Assembly (NCBI RefSeq): GCF_045037415.1
Contig: NZ_CP173438.1
Source of the DNA: Escherichia coli
GTDB taxonomy: Bacteria > Pseudomonadota > Gammaproteobacteria > Enterobacterales > Enterobacteriaceae
DNA length: 64,000 nt
Strand: one strand, 5' to 3'
Part shown: piece after piece, positions 46,201 through 58,419 of the stretch
Numbering within the stretch: position 1 is the first letter of the stretch
Layout: each line of letters opens with the position of its first letter
Notes under the pieces: generated by a model
Databases searched by the model: none
What the model saw: the letters and a program-made list of their open reading frames with translations, nothing else
What the model was told of the DNA's origin: nothing
Program-made: the position numbers and the translations under genes

Positions 46201-47454
46201 TTACGCACGAATGGTGTAATCACCAATGCCGATCCACTTGTAAGTGGTCAGTGCTTCCAGCCCCATTGGGCCGCGCGCGTGGAGTTTTTGTGTGCTTACC
46301 GCCACTTCCGCCCCCAGTCCAAACTGGCCGCCGTCGGTAAAACGCGTAGAGGCGTTAACGTAAACAGCGGAGGAATCCACTTCGTTAACAAAACGCTGGG
46401 CGTTGCGCATATCGCGGGTCAGGATCGCATCGGAGTGTTGCGTGCCGTGTTCACGAATATGGGCAATGGCGTCATCCAGATCGCTAACGATTTTGACGTT
46501 CAAATCTAATGACAGAAACTCATCGTCATACTCTTCGGCTTTAACAGCCACCACCTTCGCGGGGCCTGCCTGCAACTGCGCCAGCGCGGCTGTATCAGCG
46601 TGTAACGTCACGCCGCTTTCCGCCATTTGTTTGCTTAATGCGGGCAGGAAGCTATCAGCGATGTTTTTATTCACCAGCAACGTTTCTACCGTATTACACG
46701 TGCTCGGACGCTGAGTTTTCGCGTTGACAATTACTTTCAGGGCTTCAGCGATCTCTGCGCTTTCATCAACGTAAATATGGCATACGCCTATACCGCCTGT
46801 GATCACCGGGATTGTCGACTGCTCGCGGCACAGTTTATGCAAACCAGCCCCGCCGCGCGGGATCAGCATGTCGATGTATTTATCCATACGCAGCATTTCA
46901 CTGACCAGCGCACGGTCAGGATTATCAATCGCCTGCACGGCACCCGCCGGTAAGCCACAAGAGTTCAGGGCGTCCTGAATCACCGCCACCGTTGCAGCGT
47001 TAGTGCGACACGTTTCTTTGCCGCCGCGCAGGATCACTGCGTTACCTGTTTTCAGGCACAGCGAAGCGACATCAACCGTCACGTTCGGGCGCGCTTCATA
47101 AATCACGCCAATAACCCCCAGCGGTACGCGACGACGCTCAAGACGCAGGCCGCTGTCCAGTACGCCGCCATCGATTACCTGCCCCACCGGATCGGCGAGG
47201 TTGCACACCTGGCGCACATCATCGGCAATGCCTTTCAGCCGTGCGGGCGTCAGTGTCAGACGGTCAAGCATCGCTTCGCTAAGGCCATTGGCACGCGCGT
47301 CTGCAACATCCTGCGCGTTAGCGTTGAGGATACTTTCGCTTTGTGCTTCCAGTTCATCGGCGATTTTTTCCAGCACACGATTTTTTTCGCGGCTGGAGAG
47401 TTGCGCTAATTTATACGAGGCTTGCTTCGCGGCAATGCCCATTTGTTCCAGCAT
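46201..47454 (-). CDS. proA: Gamma-glutamyl phosphate reductase ProA (417 aa)
   Basis: Recognised sequence and length; adjacent to proB. Confidence 0.9.
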   Translation of the reverse strand: MLEQMGIAAKQASYKLAQLSSREKNRVLEKIADELEAQSESILNANAQDVADARANGLSEAMLDRLTLTPARLKGIADDVRQVCNLADPVGQVIDGGVLDSGLRLERRRVPLGVIGVIYEARPNVTVDVASLCLKTGNAVILRGGKETCRTNAATVAVIQDALNSCGLPAGAVQAIDNPDRALVSEMLRMDKYIDMLIPRGGAGLHKLCREQSTIPVITGGIGVCHIYVDESAEIAEALKVIVNAKTQRPSTCNTVETLLVNKNIADSFLPALSKQMAESGVTLHADTAALAQLQAGPAKVVAVKAEEYDDEFLSLDLNVKIVSDLDDAIAHIREHGTQHSDAILTRDMRNAQRFVNEVDSSAVYVNASTRFTDGGQFGLGAEVAVSTQKLHARGPMGLEALTTYKWIGIGDYTIRA

Positions 47455-47465
47455 CGGCCAGCTCC

Positions 47466-48569
47466 TTAACGGGTAATCATGTCATCACGGTGAACGGCAA
47501 CCGGGCCGTATTCATATCCCAGTATTGCATCAATTTCTTGCGAGTGGTGTCCGGCAATACGGCGTAATGCATCGCTGTTGTAACGACTGACGCCGTGGGC
47601 GATATCGCGACCTTCGAGGTTGCAAATACGGATGACTTCACCACGCGAGAAATTGCCAGTCACGCTTTTAATGCCTTTCGGCAACAGGGAGCTGCCGCGT
47701 TCCAGAATGGCGGCAGTTGCCCCTTCATCTACCGTGATTTCACCCGCAGGCGGCGCACCGAAAATCCAGCGTTTACGGTTTTCAAGCGGAGTCGCCTGGG
47801 CATGGAACAGCGTACCGACGGAAATGCCTTCCATCACATCACCAATAACGCCCGGCTTGCTGCCCGCGGCAATAATGGTGTCGATACCCGCACGGCAAGC
47901 CACGTCAGCGGCCTGCAATTTGGTGCTCATACCGCCAGTTCCGAGGCCTGAAACGCTATCACCGGCAATCGCGCGCAGTGCGTCATCAATGCCGTACACA
48001 TCTTTAATCAGTTCTGCCTGCGGATTGCTGCGCGGGTCAGCGGTATACAAACCTTTTTGATCGGTCAGCAGCAACAGTTTATCGGCACCCGCCAGAATCG
48101 CCGCCAGCGCAGAAAGGTTATCGTTATCACCGACCTTAATCTCTGCCGTAGCGACAGCATCGTTCTCATTAATTACCGGAACGATATTGTTATCGAGCAA
48201 CGCACGCAGGGTATCGCGGGCGTTCAGGAAGCGTTCACGATCTTCCATATCAGCACGGGTCAGCAACATCTGCCCGACATGAATGCCGTAAATTGAAAAC
48301 AGCTGTTCCCACAGTTGAATCAGTCGACTCTGCCCTACCGCCGCCAGCAGCTGTTTTGAAGCGATAGTCGCTGGCAATTCCGGGTACCCCAGGTGCTCAC
48401 GTCCGGCGGCAATCGCACCCGACGTCACAATAACAATCCGATGCCCGGCGGCATGTAACTGCGCGCACTGGCGAACAAGTTCAACGATATGGGCACGGTT
48501 CAGGCGGCGCGATCCGCCTGTTAGCACACTGGTGCCGAGTTTTACCACCAGCGTCTGGCTGTCACTCAT
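47466..48569 (-). CDS. proB: Glutamate 5-kinase ProB (367 aa)
   Basis: Start taken at [16 protein letters not shown] (ATG 48569); kinase plus C-terminal PUA-like region. Confidence 0.9.
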
Positions 48570-48758
48570 GATTCTCTGCCATTCAATTTTAGGAAAAAAT
48601 GATATCAAACGAACGTTTTAGCAGGACTGTCGTCGGTTGCCAACCATCTGCGAGCAAAGCATGGCGTTTTGTTGCGCGGGATCAGCAAGCGTAGCGGCAG
48701 TTGTTTACGCTTTTATTACAGATTTAATAAATTACCACATTTTAAGAATATTATTAAT

Positions 48759-48785
48759 CTGTAATATATCTTTAACAATCTCAGG
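48759..48785 (+). promoter_or_regulatory. Pho box (PhoB site) in the phoE promoter: CTGTAATATATCTTTAACAATCTCAGG
   Basis: Tandem CTGTAAT-like 7-mers with about 11-bp periodicity, about 70 bp upstream of the phoE start. Confidence 0.5.
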
Positions 48786-48857
48786 TTAAAAACTTTCCTG
48801 TTTTCAACGGGACTCTCCCGCTGAATATTCGCGCGTTAATTAAAATCAGGAATGAAA

Positions 48858-49913
48858 ATGAAAAAGAGCACTCTGGCATTAGTGGTGATGGGCATTGTGG
48901 CATCTGTATCCGTACAGGCCGCAGAAATATATAACAAAGACGGTAATAAACTGGATGTCTATGGCAAAGTTAAAGCCATGCATTATATGAGTGATAATGA
49001 CAGTAAAGATGGCGACCAGAGTTATATCCGTTTTGGTTTTAAAGGCGAAACACAAATTAACGATCAACTGACTGGTTATGGTCGTTGGGAAGCTGAGTTT
49101 GCCGGTAATAAAGCGGAGAGTGATACTGCACAGCAAAAAACGCGTCTCGCTTTTGCCGGGTTGAAATATAAAGATTTGGGTTCTTTCGATTATGGTCGTA
49201 ACCTGGGCGCGTTGTATGACGTGGAAGCCTGGACCGATATGTTCCCGGAATTTGGTGGCGACTCCTCGGCGCAGACCGACAACTTTATGACCAAACGCGC
49301 CAGCGGTCTGGCGACGTATCGGAACACCGACTTCTTCGGCGTTATCGATGGCCTGAACTTAACCCTGCAATATCAAGGGAAAAACGAAAACCGCGACGTT
49401 AAAAAGCAAAACGGCGATGGCTTCGGCACGTCATTGACATATGACTTTGGTGGCAGCGATTTCGCCATCAGTGGAGCCTATACCAACTCTGATCGCACCA
49501 ACGAGCAGAACCTGCAAAGCCGTGGCACAGGCAAGCGTGCAGAAGCATGGGCAACAGGTCTGAAATACGATGCCAATAATATTTATCTGGCAACTTTCTA
49601 TTCTGAAACACGTAAAATGACGCCAATCTCTGGCGGCTTTGCCAATAAGACGCAGAACTTTGAAGCGGTCGCTCAATACCAGTTTGACTTTGGTCTGCGT
49701 CCATCGCTGGGTTATGTCTTATCGAAAGGGAAAGATATTGAGGGCATCGGTGATGAAGATCTGGTCAATTATGTCGATGTTGGTGCTACGTATTATTTCA
49801 ACAAAAATATGTCAGCGTTTGTTGATTATAAAATCAACCAACTGGATAGCGATAACAAATTGAATATTAATAATGATGATATTGTCGCGGTTGGCATGAC
49901 CTATCAGTTTTAA
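48858..49913 (+). CDS. phoE: Phosphate-starvation outer-membrane porin PhoE
   Basis: Signal peptide [16 protein letters not shown]..., porin barrel, C-terminal ...GMTYQF. Confidence 0.9.
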   Translation: MKKSTLALVVMGIVASVSVQAAEIYNKDGNKLDVYGKVKAMHYMSDNDSKDGDQSYIRFGFKGETQINDQLTGYGRWEAEFAGNKAESDTAQQKTRLAFAGLKYKDLGSFDYGRNLGALYDVEAWTDMFPEFGGDSSAQTDNFMTKRASGLATYRNTDFFGVIDGLNLTLQYQGKNENRDVKKQNGDGFGTSLTYDFGGSDFAISGAYTNSDRTNEQNLQSRGTGKRAEAWATGLKYDANNIYLATFYSETRKMTPISGGFANKTQNFEAVAQYQFDFGLRPSLGYVLSKGKDIEGIGDEDLVNYVDVGATYYFNKNMSAFVDYKINQLDSDNKLNINNDDIVAVGMTYQF

Positions 49914-49951
49914 TGGATATTGCCGGATGTGATGCATCCGGCACATTTCAT

Positions 49952-50410
<459 letters not shown>

Positions 50411-51655
50411 TTAACACAAACGTTTTTCGATCCAGTCTGTGATTTCCTGAAGGCCTTTGTCAAAATTCCGATACACCGGGTTAAATGGGATCTCTAATAA
50501 TTTACCGTCAGCAGATGACGACGTGATTAAGCGTGAGTCCTCTTCCGGGCTGAACGGATCGTTCTTCCAGTAGCCTGATAACATTGGCGTTGGGCAGCGA
50601 CGTCCCAGCAACCCTTGCACTTTTAATGAATAGCGATTCAGCTCCACGCGCAACGCTTCGTCAGAAGCATCATGCATCCCCAAACGACTCGCCAGAACGT
50701 CAAGATACATTTCCGGCACCTGTTGCTGGCACTTAAAATCACTCAACAGGGTATGAACTACCGGACCAAGACAGGCAACCGCTTTCAGACGCGGCGATTC
50801 AAGGTATGCCAGACGTACGGCAACGTTAGCGCCGAAACGGAAACCAAAGGCCGCGACGCGAGTGTGATCCACCCACGGTACGTTAGGCAACGCCTTTAAA
50901 ACGTGCTGATGCAACAGGCTGGAGTCCTGGGTGAGCTTCCATTTTGAAGAAAAGCCCACCGACGGCATATCAATAGTCAGCATCGCAATGCCGCGCAGCG
51001 CAAAATAACGTTCATACAGGCTGTAATAGTCTGTCTGCATCGCATCCAGACCACCACACATTAATACTGTCGGGAACGGGCCATCGCCTTTCGGCATATG
51101 CAAAAAGCCGGTGATGGGCGCACCGCCGGGTACGGTAAACTCCATCTGCCGCATCGTGCCCGGCAGACGCTGAGCGGCCTCTTCATAGGCGCGGTTTGAC
51201 AAAGCCTGCGCTTGCTCGGCCAGGTCATCTCCTTTCAGATGAGGATAGGCAGCAATGTTGTACAACGTAGCCGCATGCAGCCAGTGTCGACCGCTGAGTT
51301 GCGGATCTTCTTCCGCACAGGCTTTTTGTTGCCACACCATCGCCTGGGTAGCCCACTCATAAATCCAGTTGCCGCCGCGGTAGCCAATCACCGTATCGTA
51401 TAAATCATCGTCGGTACGTTCGGCATCGCTCATCACAATACGCGCCTGGACTTCGAGGATTTCACGGGGGTCAATGCCGCGCCAGATCCACATCAGACGG
51501 TTAATCATGCGATACCAGTGAGGGATGGTTTTACCATCAAGGGCCGACTGCACAGGCAGTTGTGCGCCGTGACTAAAGCGGCGGACTAGCGTCGAGGTTT
51601 CAGGATGTTTAAAGCGGGGTTTGAACAGGGTTTCGCTCAGGTTTGCCTGTGTCAT
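50411..51655 (-). CDS. frsA: Esterase FrsA (414 aa)
   Basis: Alpha/beta hydrolase with GFRFGANVA nucleophile-elbow-like motif; length and synteny. Confidence 0.85.
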   Translation of the reverse strand: MTQANLSETLFKPRFKHPETSTLVRRFSHGAQLPVQSALDGKTIPHWYRMINRLMWIWRGIDPREILEVQARIVMSDAERTDDDLYDTVIGYRGGNWIYEWATQAMVWQQKACAEEDPQLSGRHWLHAATLYNIAAYPHLKGDDLAEQAQALSNRAYEEAAQRLPGTMRQMEFTVPGGAPITGFLHMPKGDGPFPTVLMCGGLDAMQTDYYSLYERYFALRGIAMLTIDMPSVGFSSKWKLTQDSSLLHQHVLKALPNVPWVDHTRVAAFGFRFGANVAVRLAYLESPRLKAVACLGPVVHTLLSDFKCQQQVPEMYLDVLASRLGMHDASDEALRVELNRYSLKVQGLLGRRCPTPMLSGYWKNDPFSPEEDSRLITSSSADGKLLEIPFNPVYRNFDKGLQEITDWIEKRLC

Positions 51656-51746
51656 AGATGCAGCCTCCAGAATACTTACTGGAAACTATTGTAACCCGCC
51701 TGAAGTTAAAAAGAACAACGCCCGGCAGTGCCAGGCGTTGAAAAGA

Positions 51747-52205
51747 TTAGCGACCGGAGATTGGCGGGACGAATACGACGCCCATATCCCACGGCTGTTC
51801 GATCCAGGTATTTTGCGGGATATCAACAACATAATCATCAACCAGCGGACGACCAGCCGGTTTTGCGAAGATGGTGACAAAGTGCGCTTTTGGATACATT
51901 TCACGAATCGCAACCGCAGTACCACCGGTATCTACCAGGTCATCAATAACGATGAAGCCTTCGCCATCGCCTTCTGCGCGTTTCAGCACTTTAAGCTCGC
52001 GCTGGTTGTCGTGATCGTAGCTGGAAATACAAACGGTATCGACATGACGAATACCCAGTTCACGCGCCAGTAACGCACCCGGTACCAGACCGCCACGGCT
52101 TACGGCAATAATGCCTTTCCATTGTTCAGAAGGCATCAGTCGGCTTGCGAGTTTACGTGCATGGATCTGCAACATGTCCCAGGTGACGATGTATTTTTCG
52201 CTCAT
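51747..52205 (-). CDS. gpt: Xanthine-guanine phosphoribosyltransferase Gpt (152 aa)
   Basis: PRPP-binding motif ([14 protein letters not shown]). Confidence 0.9.
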   Translation of the reverse strand: MSEKYIVTWDMLQIHARKLASRLMPSEQWKGIIAVSRGGLVPGALLARELGIRHVDTVCISSYDHDNQRELKVLKRAEGDGEGFIVIDDLVDTGGTAVAIREMYPKAHFVTIFAKPAGRPLVDDYVVDIPQNTWIEQPWDMGVVFVPPISGR

Positions 52206-52465
52206 GTGAAGTGTCCCAGCCTGTTTATCTACGGCTTAAAAAGTGTTCGAGGGGAAAATAGGTTGCGCGAGATTATAGAGATCTGGCGCACTAAAAACCA
52301 GTATTTCACATGAGTCCGCGTCTTTTTACGCACTGCCTCTCCCTGACGCGGGATAAAGTGGTATTCTCAAACATATCTCGCAAGCCTGTCTTGTGTTGAC
52401 AACATTTTCTGCTAACCCTGTGACCTGCAATACTGTTTTGCGGGTGATCGACAAGGAGACTTAAC

Positions 52466-53923
52466 GTGTCTGAACTGTCTCAATTATCTCCACAGCCGCT
52501 GTGGGATATTTTTGCCAAAATCTGTTCTATTCCTCACCCGTCCTATCATGAAGAGCAACTCGCTGAATACATTGTTGGTTGGGCAAAAGAGAAAGGTTTC
52601 CATGTCGAACGCGATCAGGTAGGTAATATCCTGATTCGTAAACCTGCTACCGCAGGTATGGAAAATCGTAAACCGGTCGTCTTGCAGGCCCACCTCGATA
52701 TGGTGCCGCAAAAAAATAACGACACCGTGCATGACTTCACTAAAGATCCTATCCAGCCTTATATTGATGGCGAATGGGTTAAAGCGCGCGGCACCACGCT
52801 GGGTGCGGATAACGGCATTGGTATGGCCTCCGCACTGGCGGTTCTGGCTGACGAAAACGTGGTTCACGGCCCGCTGGAAGTGCTGCTGACCATGACTGAA
52901 GAAGCCGGTATGGACGGTGCGTTCGGCTTACAGAGCAACTGGTTGCAGGCTGATATTCTGATTAACACCGACTCCGAAGAAGAAGGTGAAATCTACATGG
53001 GATGTGCGGGGGGTATCGACTTCACCTCCAACCTGCATTTAGATCGTGAAGCGGTTCCAGCTGGTTTTGAAACCTTCAATTTAACCTTAAAAGGTCTGAA
53101 AGGCGGTCACTCCGGCGGTGAAATCCACGTTGGCCTGGGTAATGCCAACAAACTGCTGGTGCGCTTCCTGGCGGGTCATGCAGAAGAACTGGACCTGCGT
53201 CTTATTGATTTCAACGGCGGCACACTGCGTAACGCCATCCCGCGTGAAGCCTTTGCGACCATTGCTGTCGCAGCTGATAAAGTCGACGCCCTGAAATCTC
53301 TGGTGGATACCTATCAGGAGATCCTGAAAAACGAACTGGCAGAAAAAGAGAAGAATCTGGCATTGCTGCTGGACTCCGTAGCGAACGACAAAGCTGCATT
53401 AACGGCGACATCTCGCGATACCTTTATTCGTCTGCTGAACGCCACCCCGAACGGAGTTATCCGTAATTCCGATGTAGCCAAAGGCGTGGTTGAAACCTCC
53501 CTGAACGTCGGTGTGGTGACCATGACCGACAATAACGTAGAAATTCACTGCCTGATCCGTTCTCTGATCGACAGCGGTAAAGACTACGTAGTGAGCATGC
53601 TGGATTCGCTGGGTAAACTGGCAGGTGCGAAAACCGAAGCAAAAGGCGCATATCCTGGCTGGCAGCCGGACGCTAACTCTCCGGTAATGCATCTGGTACG
53701 TGAAACCTATCAGCGTCTGTTCAACAAGACGCCGAACATCCAGATTATCCACGCGGGCCTGGAATGTGGTCTGTTCAAAAAACCGTATCCGGAAATGGAC
53801 ATGGTGTCTATCGGGCCAACCATCACCGGTCCACACTCCCCGGATGAGCAAGTTCATATCGAAAGCGTTGGCCATTACTGGACACTGCTGACTGAACTGC
53901 TGAAAGAAATTCCGGCGAAGTAA
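52466..53923 (+). CDS. pepD: Cytosol non-specific dipeptidase PepD (485 aa), GTG start
   Basis: M20-family metallopeptidase motifs (HLDMVPQ, GADNGIGMA); length. Confidence 0.9.
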   Translation: MSELSQLSPQPLWDIFAKICSIPHPSYHEEQLAEYIVGWAKEKGFHVERDQVGNILIRKPATAGMENRKPVVLQAHLDMVPQKNNDTVHDFTKDPIQPYIDGEWVKARGTTLGADNGIGMASALAVLADENVVHGPLEVLLTMTEEAGMDGAFGLQSNWLQADILINTDSEEEGEIYMGCAGGIDFTSNLHLDREAVPAGFETFNLTLKGLKGGHSGGEIHVGLGNANKLLVRFLAGHAEELDLRLIDFNGGTLRNAIPREAFATIAVAADKVDALKSLVDTYQEILKNELAEKEKNLALLLDSVANDKAALTATSRDTFIRLLNATPNGVIRNSDVAKGVVETSLNVGVVTMTDNNVEIHCLIRSLIDSGKDYVVSMLDSLGKLAGAKTEAKGAYPGWQPDANSPVMHLVRETYQRLFNKTPNIQIIHAGLECGLFKKPYPEMDMVSIGPTITGPHSPDEQVHIESVGHYWTLLTELLKEIPAK

Positions 53924-53978
53924 TTATTTGATTTGCTGCCGGATGGCGTTTAACGCCTTCCGGCAGTTTCATCCTTCA

Positions 53979-54593
53979 TTATCCTTCGATAAAAGCCATC
54001 CCTGTGAACGTTCGTCGCGGGTTGCCACGTTCAATCTGGTGATGGAACATTCGCCGCTGCGATTTCAGCGCCGCGCTATTTTCCTGTTGCTGTTGTTCCA
54101 GCTTCCAGGCAATCAGTAATCGCGCCAGCCGTTTGTTAGCATGCTGACTGCGCTCTGACTGAACCTTCACGCTAATACCGGATGCCAGATGCGTGGCGCG
54201 TACCGCCGAGTCGGTTTTATTGACATGTTGACCGCCCGGCCCCGACGAACGCAGCGTCTCATAACGGATTGCATCCGATTGTTCCTGCTCATCAGCGGTA
54301 AAACGCCCAATGCCCAGAAACCAGTTTTTGCGCCCATGATGAGGCCGATACGGACTCGGACAAATCCACTGAATAGTGCCGCACCAGCTTTCGCTTAGAG
54401 CCCATGCGTTATCGCCATCCAGAGAAATCAGCGCCGAACGCAGTGTGTCAGAGTAGCGACCCGTTTCTGTTTCCAGCACCGTTACCGCGACGTCCTGTCG
54501 GGTAGCTTCTTTAATCAGCCTGTCCAGTGCTTTTTTCACTGCGAGACAACATTCTTCCGGCCCCTGAGCAGAGGAGAGTTGTAGCAAGATCAT
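53979..54593 (-). CDS. prfH: Peptide chain release factor homolog PrfH, full length (204 aa) with GGQ motif
   Basis: [16 protein letters not shown] motif; start ATG 54593 overlaps the stop of the upstream rtcB-like gene (ATGA). Confidence 0.75.
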   Translation of the reverse strand: MILLQLSSAQGPEECCLAVKKALDRLIKEATRQDVAVTVLETETGRYSDTLRSALISLDGDNAWALSESWCGTIQWICPSPYRPHHGRKNWFLGIGRFTADEQEQSDAIRYETLRSSGPGGQHVNKTDSAVRATHLASGISVKVQSERSQHANKRLARLLIAWKLEQQQQENSAALKSQRRMFHHQIERGNPRRTFTGMAFIEG

Positions 54594-55741
54594 CCTTTTT
54601 TCCCTCCACTGTTTTTGAGCGTCAGCACCGGGCGCAGTCGCGCGACAGGAATAATTAACCCAGCCAGCACCAGACATTGCACCACGCTTTCAGCCGATTT
54701 ATAGGCTTGTGGCGCTTCTTCAAAGATGAGTTGTTTATCGCGACAAATTACCCGACTGCCAAGTTCAGTCCGCGAGAGTTGCGTCGCCGTGTATTTCGCT
54801 GCCAGACGCCCTTTACACTCGGTGCGCCCCCATTTACGCCCCGCCCCATGCGCCAGCGAGTGGAGCGTTTTTTCGTTCGCAACAGGTTTAACCAGCCAGG
54901 AGTAATCGCCGCGTGAACCGGGAATAATCACCAGACCGTTGTCATCCGGCGTGGCGCCTTTACGATGCAACCAGCCCTGTTGATCGCCGATTTGGCACGC
55001 GCTAACAAAGTTATGCGCCACATCCAGAACCGGACTTCCGGTGGCCTTAACTTGTTGCATTATGCGCAAAGCGATCAGCTGGCGATTAATACGCGCAAAC
55101 GCCAGCGCATCGTCATGTTCCGCAATATACCGTAGCGCGTCGTCACTGCCTTCAGGCAAACCATGATGCGAAAACGAGGCAATATGCCGCTGTAAAATAG
55201 ACTGCCCCAATCCCCTCGAGCCGCTATGAACCAGTAGTTGCAGATGCTGCGCATCCAGACCAGCCCGTGCAAACAGTTCCGCGTCGATAATTTGATCAAT
55301 CTGTTGCAGTTCTGCGAAGTGGTTACCGCCACCGATGGAGCCAAGCGAGTTGTGCCACGGATGCTGTGCAAATGCTGACGGCAGGTTTTCCTCCAGCCAG
55401 CTTTCTTCAGCAACGTCATCCAGATCTGATAATCGCTTTTCAAACTTATCGGCGTTGTATTTGCGAGCGAGAATATCTGTTTGCCATAGCGCCATGCCGC
55501 AGCCGATATCATTGCCGACCAGTGCCGGGTAAAAACGACCAACAGAGAAGAACGCTGCGCCAATCGGGTAGCCGCGTCCGGGATGTAAATCTGGCATCCC
55601 CACAACGCGCTGCATGTTGGGTAAATTTGCCGTGGTGTGTAATTGTTGGATCGCTAAACTCTCGATCCACAGGTCATCAGATGCGATGGTAAATACCGCA
55701 TCGGATAAGGGACGAATATATTTGCCCATGTACCATTCCAT
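54590..55741 (-). CDS. RtcB-family RNA ligase paralog (partner of PrfH; intact counterpart of the K-12 ykfJ fragment)
   Basis: RtcB-like sequence with metal-binding His/Cys context ([17 protein letters not shown]); translationally coupled to prfH. Confidence 0.75.
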   Translation of the reverse strand: MEWYMGKYIRPLSDAVFTIASDDLWIESLAIQQLHTTANLPNMQRVVGMPDLHPGRGYPIGAAFFSVGRFYPALVGNDIGCGMALWQTDILARKYNADKFEKRLSDLDDVAEESWLEENLPSAFAQHPWHNSLGSIGGGNHFAELQQIDQIIDAELFARAGLDAQHLQLLVHSGSRGLGQSILQRHIASFSHHGLPEGSDDALRYIAEHDDALAFARINRQLIALRIMQQVKATGSPVLDVAHNFVSACQIGDQQGWLHRKGATPDDNGLVIIPGSRGDYSWLVKPVANEKTLHSLAHGAGRKWGRTECKGRLAAKYTATQLSRTELGSRVICRDKQLIFEEAPQAYKSAESVVQCLVLAGLIIPVARLRPVLTLKNSGGKKG

Positions 55742-55918
55742 TTATGAATAAAAATCAGGAAATGGCAGACGAATCCAGGGCAAGAAAAAAGAATTAATCC
55801 TGGAAAGGTCTGCAAAGAGTCATTGATAAAGGATTTGTCATGATTTACCTCCTTGCAGTTTGTGGAATAAGAAAACGCGCACATACTAGACGGGCGTTAT
55901 TTTCATTGCAAGCTGGAT

Positions 55919-56371
55919 TTAATGTTGCGGTTTATATCGCATATAAAAATTAGTAAACCACGTTCCCCGGCATTCAACGCGCTGCTGCTTAACTGTCTGA
56001 AAACCATAACGTTCAAAAAAGGGTTTTGCGGTTATGCTGGCGTCCACCGTAAGTTCGGATTCAGACTTAATCAATGGTTTTAACAAAGCGCTGGCAACTC
56101 CGCGTCGGGTGTATTCCGGTTCAACAAATAACATATCGATATAATGTCCAATGCGGGTAATAAAACCAACCGGTTGTGCATTAATAACTGCAACCCGCAC
56201 TTGTGATTTCGCGAGTTTCTCCTTCCAGCGAGATTCGTCAATCTGCGCCCAGGCGGCAATTTGCTGTGGAGAATAGTGCTGACTCGCCGTCATCGTAACA
56301 GCTCGAAGGAAAATAGCGCATAGTTGCTGAAAATCACCAGGCTGATAGTTTCTTATTTGTATGTTATTCAT
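55919..56371 (-). CDS. yafP: GNAT-family acetyltransferase YafP (150 aa)
   Basis: GNAT fold motifs; ATG overlaps the dinB stop (ATGA). Confidence 0.8.
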   Translation of the reverse strand: MNNIQIRNYQPGDFQQLCAIFLRAVTMTASQHYSPQQIAAWAQIDESRWKEKLAKSQVRVAVINAQPVGFITRIGHYIDMLFVEPEYTRRGVASALLKPLIKSESELTVDASITAKPFFERYGFQTVKQQRVECRGTWFTNFYMRYKPQH

Positions 56372-57423
56372 AATCCCAGCACCAGTTGTCTTTCCATTTG
56401 CGGGTCAAGCAACGTCACATGCAGCCCCACCAGTCGCACACCGCGCCCGCCGCGGCGTTCATCCCAGGTTTTACGCGCGGTGGCGATTAGATCAGATTTA
56501 TTCAGCCGCGGCCAGACGTGTTCCTGGGTGGTTTGCTGAAAATCGTCGAACTTTAATTTCACCCCCTGGCGGGCAATCAGCAAATCAGGTTTTACCTTTG
56601 CCAAACGACGCTCCAGTTCAGGGTAAAGCCGCTCGATGATCGCTTCACATTCAGACCAGTGATGAATATCTTCCGCCATCGTACGTTCTACACCGACGGA
56701 TTTTCGCAACCTTTCGCTGTTAACGTCGCGTTCGTCAATGCCCTGACTACGCTCCCACAAAATGCGGCCAAATTTGCCAAAGCGTTTAAGCAGCATCACC
56801 AGATCACACTTTTGCACATCACCGCAGGTCCGCAGCCCCATCGCTTCCAGTTTTGCCGCCGAGACTTTGCCGACGCCGGGAATTTTTGCCAGCGGTAAGG
56901 TTTGTAAAAATGTCGGAACTTCTGCCGGCGTAATCACAAACTGGCCGTTGGGTTTATTCATGTCGGAGGCGATTTTGGCGAGAAACTTTACTGGTGCCAC
57001 GCCCGCAGACGCCGTCAGTTGCAGCTCGTTGAAGATCGTCTGGCGGATTTCCTGGGCGATGAGGGTCGCAGAACCGTGGCAATGGACGCTATCGGTGACA
57101 TCGAGATAGGCTTCATCCAGTGATAACGGTTCAATGCGCGAGGTATAGCGCGAGAAAATTTCGCGGATATGATTTGAGGCTTCTTTGTAGGCGTCAAAGC
57201 GCCCTGGAAGCAAGGTGAGATGCGGGCATAATTTGAGCGCCATCCCTGTCGGCATAGCGCTACGTACGCCAAATTTACGCGCGGGATAATTGGCGGTGCT
57301 GATCACCCCCCGTCGTTCGCGGCTGCCGCCAATAGCAATAGGGATATCGCGCAGGGCGGGATTGTCGCGCATCTCCACCGCTGCGAAAAAGCAGTCCATA
57401 TCCACATGAATGATTTTACGCAT
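56368..57423 (-). CDS. dinB: DNA polymerase IV (Y-family) DinB (351 aa)
   Basis: [33 protein letters not shown]... Y-family signature. Confidence 0.9.
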   Translation of the reverse strand: MRKIIHVDMDCFFAAVEMRDNPALRDIPIAIGGSRERRGVISTANYPARKFGVRSAMPTGMALKLCPHLTLLPGRFDAYKEASNHIREIFSRYTSRIEPLSLDEAYLDVTDSVHCHGSATLIAQEIRQTIFNELQLTASAGVAPVKFLAKIASDMNKPNGQFVITPAEVPTFLQTLPLAKIPGVGKVSAAKLEAMGLRTCGDVQKCDLVMLLKRFGKFGRILWERSQGIDERDVNSERLRKSVGVERTMAEDIHHWSECEAIIERLYPELERRLAKVKPDLLIARQGVKLKFDDFQQTTQEHVWPRLNKSDLIATARKTWDERRGGRGVRLVGLHVTLLDPQMERQLVLGL

Positions 57424-57437
57424 TGCTCACCTCTCAA

Positions 57438-57457
57438 TACTGGTAAAGTATACAGTG
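57438..57457 (-). promoter_or_regulatory. LexA (SOS) box upstream of dinB: CACTGTATACTTTACCAGTA on the minus strand
   Basis: CTGT-N8-ACAG-type palindrome 15-35 nt upstream of the dinB start. Confidence 0.65.
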
Positions 57458-57493
57458 ATTTCAGGGTTTGAGAAATGCGTAAAGATTCAGCAT

Positions 57494-58417
57494 TTAACGC
57501 GTTCGCTGCGAAAGCACCTGCTGCTTATCCAGCTTTTGCACCAGCGGCTGCACCACTTTATCCCCATGCTGACCAAAGTATTGATACAGCGTATCGGACG
57601 CACTTTTGGTCAGCACCATAATCTCAATGCGCCGGTTGCCCGCGCTTTGCGGATTTTTGGCATCCAGCAGCATCTGGTCCGCCATTGCACTTACCTGCAT
57701 CACTTTATCTTCCGGCATTCCGGCCTCTTCCAGCACCCGACGAGCTGAAAGCGCGCGATCGCCCGAAAGGTTCCAGTTGTTGTAGATATTGTTTTTGTAG
57801 GCCATCGCATCGGTATGCCCGGTAATAATAATTTTGTTATCGAGCGAGTCGAACACTGGCGCAAGCTCCACCAGCAAAGTTTTAAAGAACGGCATAATCT
57901 TCGCGCTGCCGCGTTCGAACATATTGCGGTTCTGGTCGTCTTTAATCAGCACGCGTAATCCCTGGGGAACAATCTCCATCTCCAGATTCGCTTCCATATG
58001 CGCATCACGGGCGATGGTATTGATACTGGTTGCCAGCTCGCCAAGCTCGGTGGCGGATTTCTTCTTCAGCAGCGCCGTTTTCTCGTTGACGTCGCGCGCT
58101 TTTTTCTCCGTCTCTTCCGGCACCGCCACGGTGGCAGGTTTTGGCGGATGAGACGGGCTGATTTTATTTAACGGCGACAACCCACCACCGTTAAAAATCG
58201 ACTGCCCGTGCAGCGCGGCGATAATGCTTTCACGCTCGGATTTACTGACGCTGTTGACAATCCACAGCGTCATAAATAGCGCCATCATTGCCAAAGTAAA
58301 GTCGGCGAACGCCACCTTCCACGCCCCGCCGTGATGCCCGGCATGATTCTTTTTGATCTGCCGCCGGACGATGGTGGTTTTTGCCCCACGTTCGCGGTGG
58401 TTGCCCGTCTTTCTCAT
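57494..58417 (-). CDS. lafU: Lateral-flagellar (Flag-2) stator protein LafU (MotB-like, OmpA-type C-terminus)
   Basis: MotB-like TM/plug region (WKVAFADFTLAMMALFMTLW) and OmpA-like peptidoglycan-binding C-terminus; start taken at MRKTGNH; adjacent to dinB as expected for Flag-2. Confidence 0.7.
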   Translation of the reverse strand: MRKTGNHRERGAKTTIVRRQIKKNHAGHHGGAWKVAFADFTLAMMALFMTLWIVNSVSKSERESIIAALHGQSIFNGGGLSPLNKISPSHPPKPATVAVPEETEKKARDVNEKTALLKKKSATELGELATSINTIARDAHMEANLEMEIVPQGLRVLIKDDQNRNMFERGSAKIMPFFKTLLVELAPVFDSLDNKIIITGHTDAMAYKNNIYNNWNLSGDRALSARRVLEEAGMPEDKVMQVSAMADQMLLDAKNPQSAGNRRIEIMVLTKSASDTLYQYFGQHGDKVVQPLVQKLDKQQVLSQRTR

Positions 58418-58419
58418 GC

